A DNA stretch of 64,000 nt from positions 1 to 64,000 of the IMG/VR virus record IMGVR_UViG_3300006204_000007. The stretch is one strand, 5' to 3'. The stretch is from a virus. Taxonomy: Duplodnaviria; Caudoviricetes. The notes beneath the pieces are model-generated. The model saw nothing but the letters and a program-made list of their open reading frames with translations, searched no databases and was not told the origin of the DNA. Numbering within the stretch: position 1 is the first letter of the stretch; each line of letters opens with the position of its first letter. Positions 38,408 to 48,081 of the stretch are shown one piece after another. A program made the translations under genes and the position numbers.

Positions 38408-38680
38408 ATGAGAAAAGAAATAAAAGATTTGCACGCTTTGATAATGTCGGATTGCAAAAACATCAGGAGCAAAACCGATTGGATGGACGCAACTAATTGG
38501 AGAGCAGCGACATTAAATGCAATCATAGATGCTTACGAAAACGGTGATATTTCCAGAGCAGTATACCGATTTTTGAAAAGAAAGGTACGTGCTTCTATGG
38601 TTGAGGGCAGATTTAATGATTCTAAAAATGCAAGAGCTTTCAGCAAAAAGCCTTCAAAAAGATATGTGCAATTATTTTGA
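38408..38680 (+). CDS. Moron hypothetical protein
   Basis: Behind the consensus promoter, GGAGG RBS. Confidence 0.65.
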   Translation: MRKEIKDLHALIMSDCKNIRSKTDWMDATNWRAATLNAIIDAYENGDISRAVYRFLKRKVRASMVEGRFNDSKNARAFSKKPSKRYVQLF

Positions 38681-38731
38681 TTAACCACACCACCCACCCG
38701 GCGGGGTTGCGCCAGGAGAAAGAAGGAAGAT

Positions 38732-38932
38732 ATGAAAATAGACGGTATAAAAATTAAAGGGCATGTTGGTAATTGGTATGTAATTGATGAGACTGTGTGG
38801 AATGGCGAAAAAGTGTATCTTTTAGAGCATGAGACGTATGGAGATGAAGCCGCTTGTCTAATCGTAAATGGAGATTTATCAGTCGTTTTGGATGACGTAT
38901 GGAATGGTTTCGAAGACCTTGAAGACTTATGA
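38732..38932 (+). CDS. Small acidic moron protein
   Basis: GHVGNWYVID...LLEHETYGDEAACLIV. Confidence 0.65.
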   Translation: MKIDGIKIKGHVGNWYVIDETVWNGEKVYLLEHETYGDEAACLIVNGDLSVVLDDVWNGFEDLEDL

Positions 38933-39177
38933 TTTTATCCCGTCCCTGCCGGGTAATGCAGGGAGAAAGTGAGAAGAATATGACGAACTCCGATTTTGAC
39001 AGAATGAAATCTTTTATTTATAGTCATAGATTCAAAGGTTTGTATAGGCTTTCGGACGGTTCCGAAATACGCTCCCATAAGATGTCGTGCGGCACAGAAT
39101 ACGCTCTGTATACCGCTGACAACAACTGCGTTACCGTAGAATACGACATTGAACGATTTAGATTTCTTCTTGTATAA
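38929..39177 (+). CDS. Moron hypothetical protein
   Basis: Coupled ORF; true start probably the internal MTNSD. Confidence 0.5.
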   Translation: MILSRPCRVMQGESEKNMTNSDFDRMKSFIYSHRFKGLYRLSDGSEIRSHKMSCGTEYALYTADNNCVTVEYDIERFRFLLV

Positions 39178-39200
39178 AGAAAAGGTGGCAGGATAACACC

Positions 39201-40879
39201 CAATGTCATTTAGATAAGGACGATGCAAAGAACAGTGTATGTAGAAATATGTACCCTGTTCTTTTTTTGTATAATTTCATAAATCACTTGACAGGATAAA
39301 CCAAATGTGTGGCCGCTCTGACTATCTAAAAAGAAAGATAGTCAGAGCGGCCCTTGTAATTAAGAACGATCTTGATTGCAAGGAGGATTACACAATGAAT
39401 CATTCTACAGAGGTGAAGCAAAAACTATTATCCATTATTACAGAGATGGATTCTTACCGTTGGTTGTTTACAAAGAATCCGGAAACGGATTTTTCACGTA
39501 AAAAGAAATGGTCATTTGAAGAGATAATGAAGTTTATGCTTACTATGGAAGGCAAAACATTAAGAGATGAACTTTTGGAATATTTTGATTTTGACAGTTC
39601 CGCGCCATCGAATTCAGCATTTAACCAGCGAAGGGCACAGATATTGCCAGAAGCATTTGAATTCTTATTTCAAGAATTCACTAAATCTTTTCATGATAAT
39701 GCTGCATATAAAGGGTTTAGATTAATTGCCTGTGATGGTTCGGATTTATGCATTGCCAACAATCCCAAAGATGAAACGACCTATTTTCAACCGCTTCCTG
39801 ACAGCAAAGGCTTTAACCAACTACATTTAAACGCTTTTTATGATTTATGCAGCAGAAGATACACAGATGCAATTATCCAACCTGCCCGATTGAAAAATGA
39901 AAATAGTGCTATGTGTGAATTGATTGACAGATACAGTGGTCAAACTGCTATTTTTATTGCAGACAGAGGTTATGAGAACTATAATATATTTGCTCATGCG
40001 GAACACAAAGGAATGTATTACCTAATACGCGTCAAAGATGTAACAAGTAATGGAATCGCTTCTGGGCTGACAATGCTGCCGGAGAGTGATGAATTTGACG
40101 AATGGGTTAATCTTACTCTCACAAAAAAGCAGACAAATGAAGTAAAAGCAAATCCCCAAAAATACAGAATTATTATGAAAAAAACACCTTTTGATTATCT
40201 TGACCTGCATTTTAATAAGTTTTACGAAATGAAAATGAGGGTGGTGCGTTTTCCAATCTCACAAGACTCTTATGAATGTATTATTACAAATCTACCACAA
40301 GAAAAATTTAGTTCTGATGAAATCAAACAGTTATATGCGAAACGCTGGGGAATAGAAACCTCTTTTCGCGAGTTAAAATATGCATTAGGATTAACGCGGT
40401 TTCATGCAAAGAAAACAGAATATATTATGCAGGAAATATGGTCAAGAATGACTCTGTATAATTTCTGTGAGATTATAGCGGGTAATGTTGTTGTCAAACA
40501 GAAAGCCAGCTGCAAACATATATATCAGCTGAATTATACCCGTGCGATGCGGATTTGCTGTCATTTTCTATCAATAAAAGAAGAAAAAGCTCCACCCGAT
40601 GTAGAGTATCTAATCGGACATGAGCTTCTTCCTGTACGTTCTGGGAGAACAGACCCTCGCAAAGTCAAACCCCAGTCCGCGATAAGCTTTCTATATAGAG
40701 CAGCCTAATCAAATATTAGTATATACCATTTTTAAGACAGATGAAAGCATCTGTCTGTTTGTCGTACAAATTTATTACGTTGAATGCTTTTAAATATAGA
40801 AAAACAGCGAATAAACAAAATGTTTACTCGCTGTAAAAAGAATCCTAACTGCAATGTTGTCCTTATCTAAATGACATTG
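39201..40879. mobile_element. IS4-family insertion sequence
   Basis: 21-bp perfect terminal inverted repeats CAATGTCATTTAGATAAGGAC; 10-bp target duplication GGATAACACC at 39191-39200 and 40880-40889. Confidence 0.95.
39305..40708 (+). CDS. IS4-family DDE transposase
   Basis: IACDGS, IADRGY, YAKRWGIETSFRELK motifs. Confidence 0.95.
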   Translation: MCGRSDYLKRKIVRAALVIKNDLDCKEDYTMNHSTEVKQKLLSIITEMDSYRWLFTKNPETDFSRKKKWSFEEIMKFMLTMEGKTLRDELLEYFDFDSSAPSNSAFNQRRAQILPEAFEFLFQEFTKSFHDNAAYKGFRLIACDGSDLCIANNPKDETTYFQPLPDSKGFNQLHLNAFYDLCSRRYTDAIIQPARLKNENSAMCELIDRYSGQTAIFIADRGYENYNIFAHAEHKGMYYLIRVKDVTSNGIASGLTMLPESDEFDEWVNLTLTKKQTNEVKANPQKYRIIMKKTPFDYLDLHFNKFYEMKMRVVRFPISQDSYECIITNLPQEKFSSDEIKQLYAKRWGIETSFRELKYALGLTRFHAKKTEYIMQEIWSRMTLYNFCEIIAGNVVVKQKASCKHIYQLNYTRAMRICCHFLSIKEEKAPPDVEYLIGHELLPVRSGRTDPRKVKPQSAISFLYRAA

Positions 40880-40935
40880 GGATAACACCCGCCGCCTTTT
40901 TTCTTACATCTCTGCAATTTTCCTTGCCCATATTT

Positions 40936-41484
40936 TTAATACATATCTGCCATTTGCCGGATGTGGCGCATGACAATTTCCCTTTCTTCCTTACAATCAG
41001 CATCGCGTGTGAGTTGCTTAATCATTCCATGTACCCCAGACATAAAGTCCTCTAATGCGTTTAACATCCGTTCTTTACTTCCATCGTCCCGGTTGTTGGA
41101 GTATTCCATCTTCCGGCTCCTGTATTCATCCATGTCGGTATCGTCCCCGGACAGACGGGAATAGTTCGGGCGGTGTACATATCTGCCAGTGGTTGCGCTT
41201 CTGCCCCGTCGATAGGAATTGCCATTATCATAATCGTTGGAGTAGTTCCCCTCCCGGCTGTAATCGCCGTTACGGGAATACCCGCCACGCTCCCGGCTGT
41301 AATCCTCCATATCCCGGCTATATCCGTCCATGGAATAACCGCCGCCGTCCTGCATCATCTCGATTTTGTCCACGCCCTTCATGATTTCCACCAGTTTATA
41401 GGCGTTGTCCAGATTGGAAGAAGTCAAGCCTTTTTCCTCAATCGCTTTCAGCTCTTTTTCTGCGTTTTCTCTCAATTTATGCAT
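40936..41484 (-). CDS. Protein with a YSR/RGG-rich low-complexity core
   Basis: Repeated (D/G/N)YSR units between helical termini. Confidence 0.8.
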   Translation of the reverse strand: MHKLRENAEKELKAIEEKGLTSSNLDNAYKLVEIMKGVDKIEMMQDGGGYSMDGYSRDMEDYSRERGGYSRNGDYSREGNYSNDYDNGNSYRRGRSATTGRYVHRPNYSRLSGDDTDMDEYRSRKMEYSNNRDDGSKERMLNALEDFMSGVHGMIKQLTRDADCKEEREIVMRHIRQMADMY

Positions 41485-41487
41485 AAC

Positions 41488-41913
41488 TTAACCCTCCCTG
41501 TTAATCGTGATGTTTGCGTTCTGCATATCAATCGCCTGTGTGGAGGTGTTTTTGATTGATACCTGTATGCAGCAGCCCTTCGGAATCCATACATCTGTAG
41601 CCATAGCCACATTGAAGTAATCGCCAACTGCTGCCGGAGTTACGATTGCATTTGTGGATAAGTCTGCCTCTCCGTTGATTGCGATTGCAACGGATATCGG
41701 GCCAGCCGTTCCGCCAGTCGCAACAGCGATATTGCCAGAAAAGATTACCCTGTATTTCGCCCTGCAATTCTGCGTACAGCCACGCACTGTAAACTGTCCG
41801 CTGCCTGTTCTATGTAAGACAAGACCTTTATTGCAGCATGATGTTTCCCCAGAAAACAAAGCGTTCTGATTTTCCTGTATTGTCTGCACAGGAACATTTA
41901 CAAATTCTGCCAT
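41488..41913 (-). CDS. Cys-containing beta-sandwich protein (BclA-CTD/C1q-like by impression)
   Basis: Alternating beta-strand pattern; start refined to MAEF. Confidence 0.6.
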   Translation of the reverse strand: MAEFVNVPVQTIQENQNALFSGETSCCNKGLVLHRTGSGQFTVRGCTQNCRAKYRVIFSGNIAVATGGTAGPISVAIAINGEADLSTNAIVTPAAVGDYFNVAMATDVWIPKGCCIQVSIKNTSTQAIDMQNANITINREG

Positions 41914-41970
41914 GTTATTTTCCTCCAAATAAAAAACTACCAACTGTTTATAGCTGATAGTTTCTGGATT

Positions 41971-42429
41971 TCAAGCAGATAATGCTTTATTTTTCCACGA
42001 CTTTCTATATTTGTAAATTCTTTCAGAAGTAATTGGATTGTAAGATACCAAACATTTACAATCACCTGTCAAGTAACATTCAATAGGCTCTTTTTCCACG
42101 CCATAAACATTCACTTTTCCATTGTCTGTAATGCTTGAATATTCGGTATCAAGTTGGAATTTTATGTGCTTACATTCAAACTCCAATACATTCTGGTCTG
42201 CGTCATAACCATATGTTTTTCGTAGAGTGATGGTCTTTATACATCGGTATGATTTCCCAAATGCGTGAATCATGCTTATGTTTGAATACTCTGTTTCTTC
42301 ATCGTCTGGAACTTTGGGAGGTTCAGGGTCTATATAACTCATTATCTTCATTCCTGCCACATAAAGAACTCCGAACAAAAACATTCCTATCAAATGCCCA
42401 AATATCATCATATCGCCCTCCAAACTCAA
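41971..42429 (-). CDS. AT-rich inserted membrane-anchored protein
   Basis: N-terminal TM; own TGGTACA promoter. Confidence 0.6.
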   Translation of the reverse strand: MSLEGDMMIFGHLIGMFLFGVLYVAGMKIMSYIDPEPPKVPDDEETEYSNISMIHAFGKSYRCIKTITLRKTYGYDADQNVLEFECKHIKFQLDTEYSSITDNGKVNVYGVEKEPIECYLTGDCKCLVSYNPITSERIYKYRKSWKNKALSA

Positions 42430-42638
42430 TAATTTATTTGTATAAATTATATCATAATCAAACGAAAGATATGTACCATTATATGAATGAAACCCACAAA
42501 CTATCAGCCATATTCAGTTGTCAATGTCCAGTTAATCGCAAAAGGACAGAATCAATGTTCTGCCCTCCCACGTTGTAATAACGGCTCATGCCGAACATTT
42601 CCGATGTTTCACGGAAAAGATACATTCTTTTTCAGTTT

Positions 42639-43436
42639 TTAGCAGTTGCCGCACTGACCGCAGTTACCGCCCCAACCGCCGCCATTGAACTGCCCACAGC
42701 AATTTGTCGGGAAAGTTACCTGCGCCGGTGGCTGTACGACATATGCCGGAATCGGACAGTCGTTGCCGGTTCTGCGGATAATCTGCGCCGTGTTAGCGTC
42801 CATAGCTGCCATAAGGGTAGCGTTCTGATTCGCCTGGGATGCTGCAAGTTTAAGCGTCTGATTCTCTGCCTGTAAGTCAGAAATCTTCTCCTGGCACAGA
42901 TAGTCAAGGATTGCCCTTGTTCCTGCGTTCTGACTGTCGATAATGTCACGTGTGTTTACATTCATGGTATTCTGCAAATCGCATGTATTCTTTGCCATGT
43001 TGTAATTTACACCGTCAATCGCACGCTGCGTCTGGCAGCAGCAGTCGGAAAGCTGGCTGGAAAGATTGCAGAACCCACGTTCAACACCATTGAATCCCTG
43101 CATCATTCCCATCTGCGTGCTGTTGAATCCACTGTTTACTGCGTTTGTGAGGGCGTAAGTGCTGTCGCAAATGCCCTGCTGAATGGCAGTAATACCGCTC
43201 TGCAAGTTGTTGAGGGCGAATCCCTCGTTGATGTCTGCACGAGTCAAAGCTCCCTGAAGTCCTGCTGCATTGCCGCTAAAACCGCCACCAAAGCCGCCAA
43301 AACCTCCCCAACCGAACATGCCAAAGATTAAGAAAAGGATAATCCATGCTCCCCAATCTCCGCCAAATCCGTTGTTTCCATTGTTATATCCGGCAGGCTC
43401 TACCGGCATAGTCATAGGTACTCCTGATTCCATCAT
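42639..43436 (-). CDS. Gly/Asn/Gln/Cys-rich protein with a hydrophobic segment
   Basis: GFGG repeats, WIILFLIFGMF, DCCC, CGQCGNC C-terminus. Confidence 0.85.
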   Translation of the reverse strand: MMESGVPMTMPVEPAGYNNGNNGFGGDWGAWIILFLIFGMFGWGGFGGFGGGFSGNAAGLQGALTRADINEGFALNNLQSGITAIQQGICDSTYALTNAVNSGFNSTQMGMMQGFNGVERGFCNLSSQLSDCCCQTQRAIDGVNYNMAKNTCDLQNTMNVNTRDIIDSQNAGTRAILDYLCQEKISDLQAENQTLKLAASQANQNATLMAAMDANTAQIIRRTGNDCPIPAYVVQPPAQVTFPTNCCGQFNGGGWGGNCGQCGNC

Positions 43437-43485
43437 GTTTTTACTCCTTGAAATTTATTTACAAACTTTGCGCAAAGTTATGTAT

Positions 43486-43698
43486 CTACTTAAAAAATCC
43501 TTTAAACATCCCCTGCATTTGCTGGGCTTGCTGCTGCACTTGGTTAAGCTGCTGCTGGCTTACCTTCCCGGATTGAAGCAGCTTATTTATTTCCTCCTGC
43601 GGGTTTTTGCCTTTCATTTCCTGCATAAAGCGTTGGAACTGCTGAAACATGTTTCCGCTACCCTGACCGCCCATAGCACTGAAAACCGGACTATTCAT
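43486..43698 (-). CDS. Small Gln/Met-rich protein
   Basis: MNSPVF...QQQLNQVQQQAQQMQ; start overlaps the upstream stop. Confidence 0.75.
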   Translation of the reverse strand: MNSPVFSAMGGQGSGNMFQQFQRFMQEMKGKNPQEEINKLLQSGKVSQQQLNQVQQQAQQMQGMFKGFFK

Positions 43699-44239
43699 TA
43701 GCATTTCCTCCCTTATTTCTTGGCTTGCTTGTTCCTGCCTCTGTTCTCTTGGTATCATCAGAAGTTGAAACACTGGCAGGAAAGTTATTCAGCTTGTCTA
43801 AAATCTCCATGTATTTACCCTGTAAATCGTCGTATTCCGCTCTTGTGACATATTTACCGTCTAAATTTATTTGAGCCGGATTTGGGGCTTGTGGCACGTT
43901 CTGCGGTGTGTTTTGTGTGCGCTCTGTATAATCAAATACCCTAAGTGGCAACGGAATCCCAGAAGCGTCTGCCGATTTGATGTAAAAAACGGGTGATTCG
44001 CTATCCATTAGCAAAACCGATTGCCCGTTTGCAATCATCCAACTTTTTGCTGCCGCCTCTCCTTGTACATAAGCCCAGGACTGTGTAGACTGCGGTTGCT
44101 GATTGATCTGTGGTGCCTGAGGCGGATATTGCTGTGATTGGTACTGCTGCGCCTGTAACTGCGCCAGCCTGTCCATAGGCGGCTGCACCTGCTGTTGGTA
44201 TGGATTAAAATAATTTGGATTCATAAAAGGTTGTGCCAT
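43691..44239 (-). CDS. Protein with a Q/P/Y/N-rich N-terminus and a folded central domain
   Basis: MAQPFMNPNYFNPYQQQ...; WAYVQGEAAAKSW...LLMDSE..FYIKSAD. Confidence 0.8.
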   Translation of the reverse strand: MAQPFMNPNYFNPYQQQVQPPMDRLAQLQAQQYQSQQYPPQAPQINQQPQSTQSWAYVQGEAAAKSWMIANGQSVLLMDSESPVFYIKSADASGIPLPLRVFDYTERTQNTPQNVPQAPNPAQINLDGKYVTRAEYDDLQGKYMEILDKLNNFPASVSTSDDTKRTEAGTSKPRNKGGNANE

Positions 44240-44340
44240 CTGAACGCCCTCCGATTTCTTTCTATGGGTAAATTTTCGCATAAAAATAGAGGATTTCCCA
44301 TACTCGGAAAACCCTCGTTTTTGTTGCGTTTTTTATTCAA

Positions 44341-44613
44341 TTATTCTCCGTATTTATCGCGGTATTTCTTGAAAAATGCTTCTTTAAGTGGCAATACCTT
44401 TATAATCTTTTCGGTGACGGATTCAGAAAGCTTGTTGATTTTAGTCATGCAATATCCCATTTTCCCGGCGATTTCTTCAAAGCTCATTCCGTCGCCTTCA
44501 TTCCTTAAATCAAAGAACATGGATTCGTCAGGTGTGAAATTACACTCATTTCTAAAAAGTTCTAATTCCCATTTAACAAATCCTTCGACTTCTTTTTCTT
44601 TCTTCTTCCTCAT
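44341..44613 (-). CDS. Sigma-region-4/LuxR-like HTH protein
   Basis: CNFTPDE..FFDLR..GMSFEEIAGKMG. Confidence 0.7.
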   Translation of the reverse strand: MRKKKEKEVEGFVKWELELFRNECNFTPDESMFFDLRNEGDGMSFEEIAGKMGYCMTKINKLSESVTEKIIKVLPLKEAFFKKYRDKYGE

Positions 44614-44636
44614 GCCACCGCTACTTTCTTTTCTTC

Positions 44637-44930
44637 TTAGTTCCCCTGGTTCTGCCCTTCTTCTTGCTTCTTATCTTCTGTCCCATTATGCACATCACCT
44701 TCAATCTCTTTGTTGTAGTAATTATATCCCTCGCCGTCCTGTGATACATAGTCATAGGACTGGAACACATACAACCAAGCCATATTTGTTCCAACAAGCA
44801 GTACGATAAGCAGAATAATCACAATCCACATTGTTTTAAGTTGCTTAACCAGTGCGCCTAATACATCTGTTGCACTGTTTTCTTTTTCCTTCACATTATC
44901 CCTATTTTCCAACTTCTTCCCCTCCTGCAT
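44637..44930 (-). CDS. Single-TM protein
   Basis: WIVIILLIVLLVGTNMAWL. Confidence 0.7.
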   Translation of the reverse strand: MQEGKKLENRDNVKEKENSATDVLGALVKQLKTMWIVIILLIVLLVGTNMAWLYVFQSYDYVSQDGEGYNYYNKEIEGDVHNGTEDKKQEEGQNQGN

Positions 44931-45332
44931 TTTCCCTTGAAATAATCAGATTTTTGTCTATCAAAAGCGCAAACGGACACACAATCCCGATTAGTACAGT
45001 TCCAAACAAATCAATCAATTCTTTGTTTTCCATTCCCAAACCTCCAATATGTATTAGCGGACTCATCCCTTATGCAACTACTATATCCGCTATGTGGTCG
45101 CCCTCATTATTGCTCGACCCTCTCCCGCTCTGTATTTCCCTCATTATAGCAATTTTATGGAGGGGTTGCAATCAGTCTTTCTGATTTTTAAGCACATCTA
45201 TCGCCATATCTATATATTCTATAGTTTCCTGCTCATTTTCTTTCCTTACATTAATTTGTCCTGTTTTTCTTATTGCGCATTTAAACGCACCTAATACAAC
45301 GATAGCTGTATCTATGCTTTTATCTCCTATCA

Positions 45333-45740
45333 TCATACTCTTTTCCTCTCCCAAAAATAAATAACACTCTTGCCGCCGCTGTCCCATGTGTCCCAGTATT
45401 TTCCGTCTACCACCGTCACCACATGACCGTCAAGTCCAAGGACGTATGTACCATGTGGAAAGTTGCAGCAGAATTTGTAAACGTCCATAGGGTAATCCGG
45501 CTCATAGCGCACATAGCCATTGTCTGCCAGATATTCACCCCATACCTTATTGGCAGACAGAACATCCTTTTGACGGTATGCAATTTGTACAAGGTCGTCA
45601 AAGACTTCGTTCCATGTGCGCCCCGTAGCCTTGCAGCACGCACGAATGGCGCAATCGCCGACTCGCTTACCGGGTATGGGGTTGGGATTATATTTAATCC
45701 ATGCGTTCATCATCATACCCCCATATATATCCATCTCCAA
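45333..45740 (-). CDS. Papain-like (Cys-His-Asp) peptidase-fold protein
   Basis: GDCAIRA, GHVVTVVDG, DTWDSG motifs. Confidence 0.65.
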   Translation of the reverse strand: MEMDIYGGMMMNAWIKYNPNPIPGKRVGDCAIRACCKATGRTWNEVFDDLVQIAYRQKDVLSANKVWGEYLADNGYVRYEPDYPMDVYKFCCNFPHGTYVLGLDGHVVTVVDGKYWDTWDSGGKSVIYFWERKRV

Positions 45741-46230
45741 TTCCCGCTCTGCACCATAACGGAATTATGTGTTTTGGATATTTTAATAAATCCGATGCAA
45801 TACTTGCAGAACGGTATTTTGCAATCAGAACACCATCTAATGTTTTCTGATAAATTGGTTTTGATTTGGTATCAATAGCTCTCTTTTTTGCTGTACCGTA
45901 ATTGTTATTATACTGATATGTACACCATTCAAGATTGGAAACAATGTTATTAAGTTTGTTTTCATCTTTATGATTTACGCATGGTAAGTTTTCGGGATTA
46001 GGAATAAAGGTTTCAGCAACAAGCCTATGAACTTGAAACTTTCTTCTGGTTCTGTCCTTTAAGTATAATGTCACAGTATGATATCCAGAATTTATCATAG
46101 TAGGCTTTAAATAAAACTCTTTCGGATTACCAAATTTTGAGCTTTCCCGAAAACTCTTTACCCTTCCAAGATTGCTGACCTGATACAATCCCTCATATCC
46201 TTTTACATCTTTCCAAATTTCCTCGCTCAT
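45694..46230 (-). CDS. NUMOD4-HNH homing endonuclease
   Basis: EIWKDVKGYEGLYQVSNLGRV; VHRLVA; VNHKDENKLNN...NLEW. Confidence 0.92.
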   Translation of the reverse strand: MSEEIWKDVKGYEGLYQVSNLGRVKSFRESSKFGNPKEFYLKPTMINSGYHTVTLYLKDRTRRKFQVHRLVAETFIPNPENLPCVNHKDENKLNNIVSNLEWCTYQYNNNYGTAKKRAIDTKSKPIYQKTLDGVLIAKYRSASIASDLLKYPKHIIPLWCRAGIGDGYIWGYDDERMD

Positions 46231-46451
46231 CTTCCCTACCTCCTACCACAATTTTACAACAGATTCGGGCGGGGGTTGTACCATTTTAAGCATACTCTCC
46301 ATCGTTCCGCTTATTCCATGCCCTACGTGCCCCGTTCTTGGTGGTATGCCAGTTTCCCATTTTTCCGTATGGATTTTCCCAACAGCACATATATTTATGC
46401 TCGTCTCCTACTGTGTGCATATGGGGATAATTCCCACAATAGCGACATTTT

Positions 46452-47711
46452 TCAAGCCTTACTTTCACTTTTATATCTCCTTGCGCCCTGATTCGCTTGC
46501 TTTGTCTGCTCCCTGTCAAAATCAGCCACCTTTATGCGGTCATACTGCGGCTGTAAATCGTTCTGTTTGCAGAAATCGTTGTATGCCTTGTTTTTCTGTG
46601 TCAGTTGGTAGGCCATGCGGTCATAATCCCTCTGCAATATCTCCTTAACGTCCGTTTCTGCCACGCCTGCGATTTCCTGCTCTTTGACAATCAGCTTTCT
46701 TTTCCATGCCCGCAGGCTCCGCTCCATAGCACGCTGTTTCTGTTGGAGTTCATACCGCTTTTTGTTTTCCTCGCTGTCTATTTTCAGATTGCCTTTTTCG
46801 TCCACATAGGGATTGCGTAAGTGTGGATCCCAAGGCTTGTGTGAATGCCTGCAATTATATCCATGAAGCGACAGCGGATTTGTGACAGTTCCTTGTCCTG
46901 TTTTCGGGTCTATCCTATATCCAGTAGATTCAAGCATATTAGGATATCCTGGTTCACTTCCAGTAATCTTATATGCTTTACCCTGCCACGATGAATGGTC
47001 TGCTATTGGCGGCTGTCCTTTTTGCGCCACTCTTGCCCCTAAATGCGCCGATACAAGGACATATTCAATTCCACCCTCAACTATGTATTGATTTGTCACT
47101 TGCGCCGCCGTCTGATTCATTGATGTGACAACGCACAATCTAACCGCCGCTTCCAATGTGCGCCTTGTGCCGCTCGGATAGTCCACATAGATTCCCCGTC
47201 CGGCGTATCTATCCAAAATATCACACACCGCCGCAGAATAGCTTTGTACGCCTGCCGCCACTCGCAGATCAGCTTCATCAAGCATATTGATAAGGTCAAT
47301 CTGCGACTGCTTCATGGTTGTGCGTGTGAGGTTTGTCAGTTCTTCCAAACTCTTTTTAAATTCAGCGTCCATAACACGGATTACAGCGGCATTTTCAAGC
47401 GGATGGGATAATTCTATGCTTAACTGCCCTAAAGTCGTTCTATCGTCCTCCCATGAGGTCAGAACAGCGTCTTGCAGGAGTGAACGCAACTCTTTCTGTG
47501 TCAGTCCCGTTAAGGTCTGCAATTTCTGTTCAATCGCCGCTTGACTCTCGCCCATCTGCTTTAACTTCCAGATAAGGCGGTCGGCGGTTGCGGTCATTTC
47601 CCCGGCGGAGAGTAGGCGGCGGGTGATGTCTTTGAGGATAAAGTCTTCTAATTGGCGGTATAATTCAAGAAGACGGTCTTCTTTGTTGGTGAAGTAGTCT
47701 GGTGTGAGCAT
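46452..47711 (-). CDS. Minor capsid protein (A118 gp4-like)
   Basis: VSAHLGAR, GYNCRH, QKQRAMER motifs. Confidence 0.88.
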   Translation of the reverse strand: MLTPDYFTNKEDRLLELYRQLEDFILKDITRRLLSAGEMTATADRLIWKLKQMGESQAAIEQKLQTLTGLTQKELRSLLQDAVLTSWEDDRTTLGQLSIELSHPLENAAVIRVMDAEFKKSLEELTNLTRTTMKQSQIDLINMLDEADLRVAAGVQSYSAAVCDILDRYAGRGIYVDYPSGTRRTLEAAVRLCVVTSMNQTAAQVTNQYIVEGGIEYVLVSAHLGARVAQKGQPPIADHSSWQGKAYKITGSEPGYPNMLESTGYRIDPKTGQGTVTNPLSLHGYNCRHSHKPWDPHLRNPYVDEKGNLKIDSEENKKRYELQQKQRAMERSLRAWKRKLIVKEQEIAGVAETDVKEILQRDYDRMAYQLTQKNKAYNDFCKQNDLQPQYDRIKVADFDREQTKQANQGARRYKSESKA

Positions 47712-48037
47712 TACTTTATTTCCTCATATCCGCAACTATCGCATTTTCCTTTAAATGTATATGCGTTATTCACATGACCGCAATTCGGACACAAAAAACC
47801 GCCTTGCTCGGCAGTTCCAACGCTTTCAAATCTCATGTGCTTGCAGTTTTCTTTCCACCAAACAGATTGTCTTAAAAAGTCAACCTCTGCCTTTCTTTTT
47901 TCAGAATCCAATTTGCTAGAACACATTTCGCAAACATCAAGGTCTTTACTTCTTCCACCACTATAAGCTAACAAAAGTGTCCTCTTTTTCAAATTCCCTG
48001 TTTCTGCTCCGCATATATCGCAAAATGTTCTTGTCAT
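47711..48037 (-). CDS. Zinc-finger hypothetical protein
   Basis: Multiple CxxC. Confidence 0.6.
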   Translation of the reverse strand: MTRTFCDICGAETGNLKKRTLLLAYSGGRSKDLDVCEMCSSKLDSEKRKAEVDFLRQSVWWKENCKHMRFESVGTAEQGGFLCPNCGHVNNAYTFKGKCDSCGYEEIK

Positions 48038-48081
48038 TCCCCTACTCCTTTCCTGCTGTCCTCTTGACTAAATCTATCCAT

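Noticed and set aside
17460-45460. Other intragenic GTACC hits (17495, 20703, 45448) as members of the promoter family
   Set aside because: They lack a TANNNT box at the fixed 27-nt offset. The one at 20372 does fit but may arise from two WYN codon runs eight codons apart.
24760-46230. Group I/II introns associated with the AP2 and NUMOD4-HNH genes
   Set aside because: Both are free-standing between intact genes; no interrupted host ORF or intron-encoded RT was seen.
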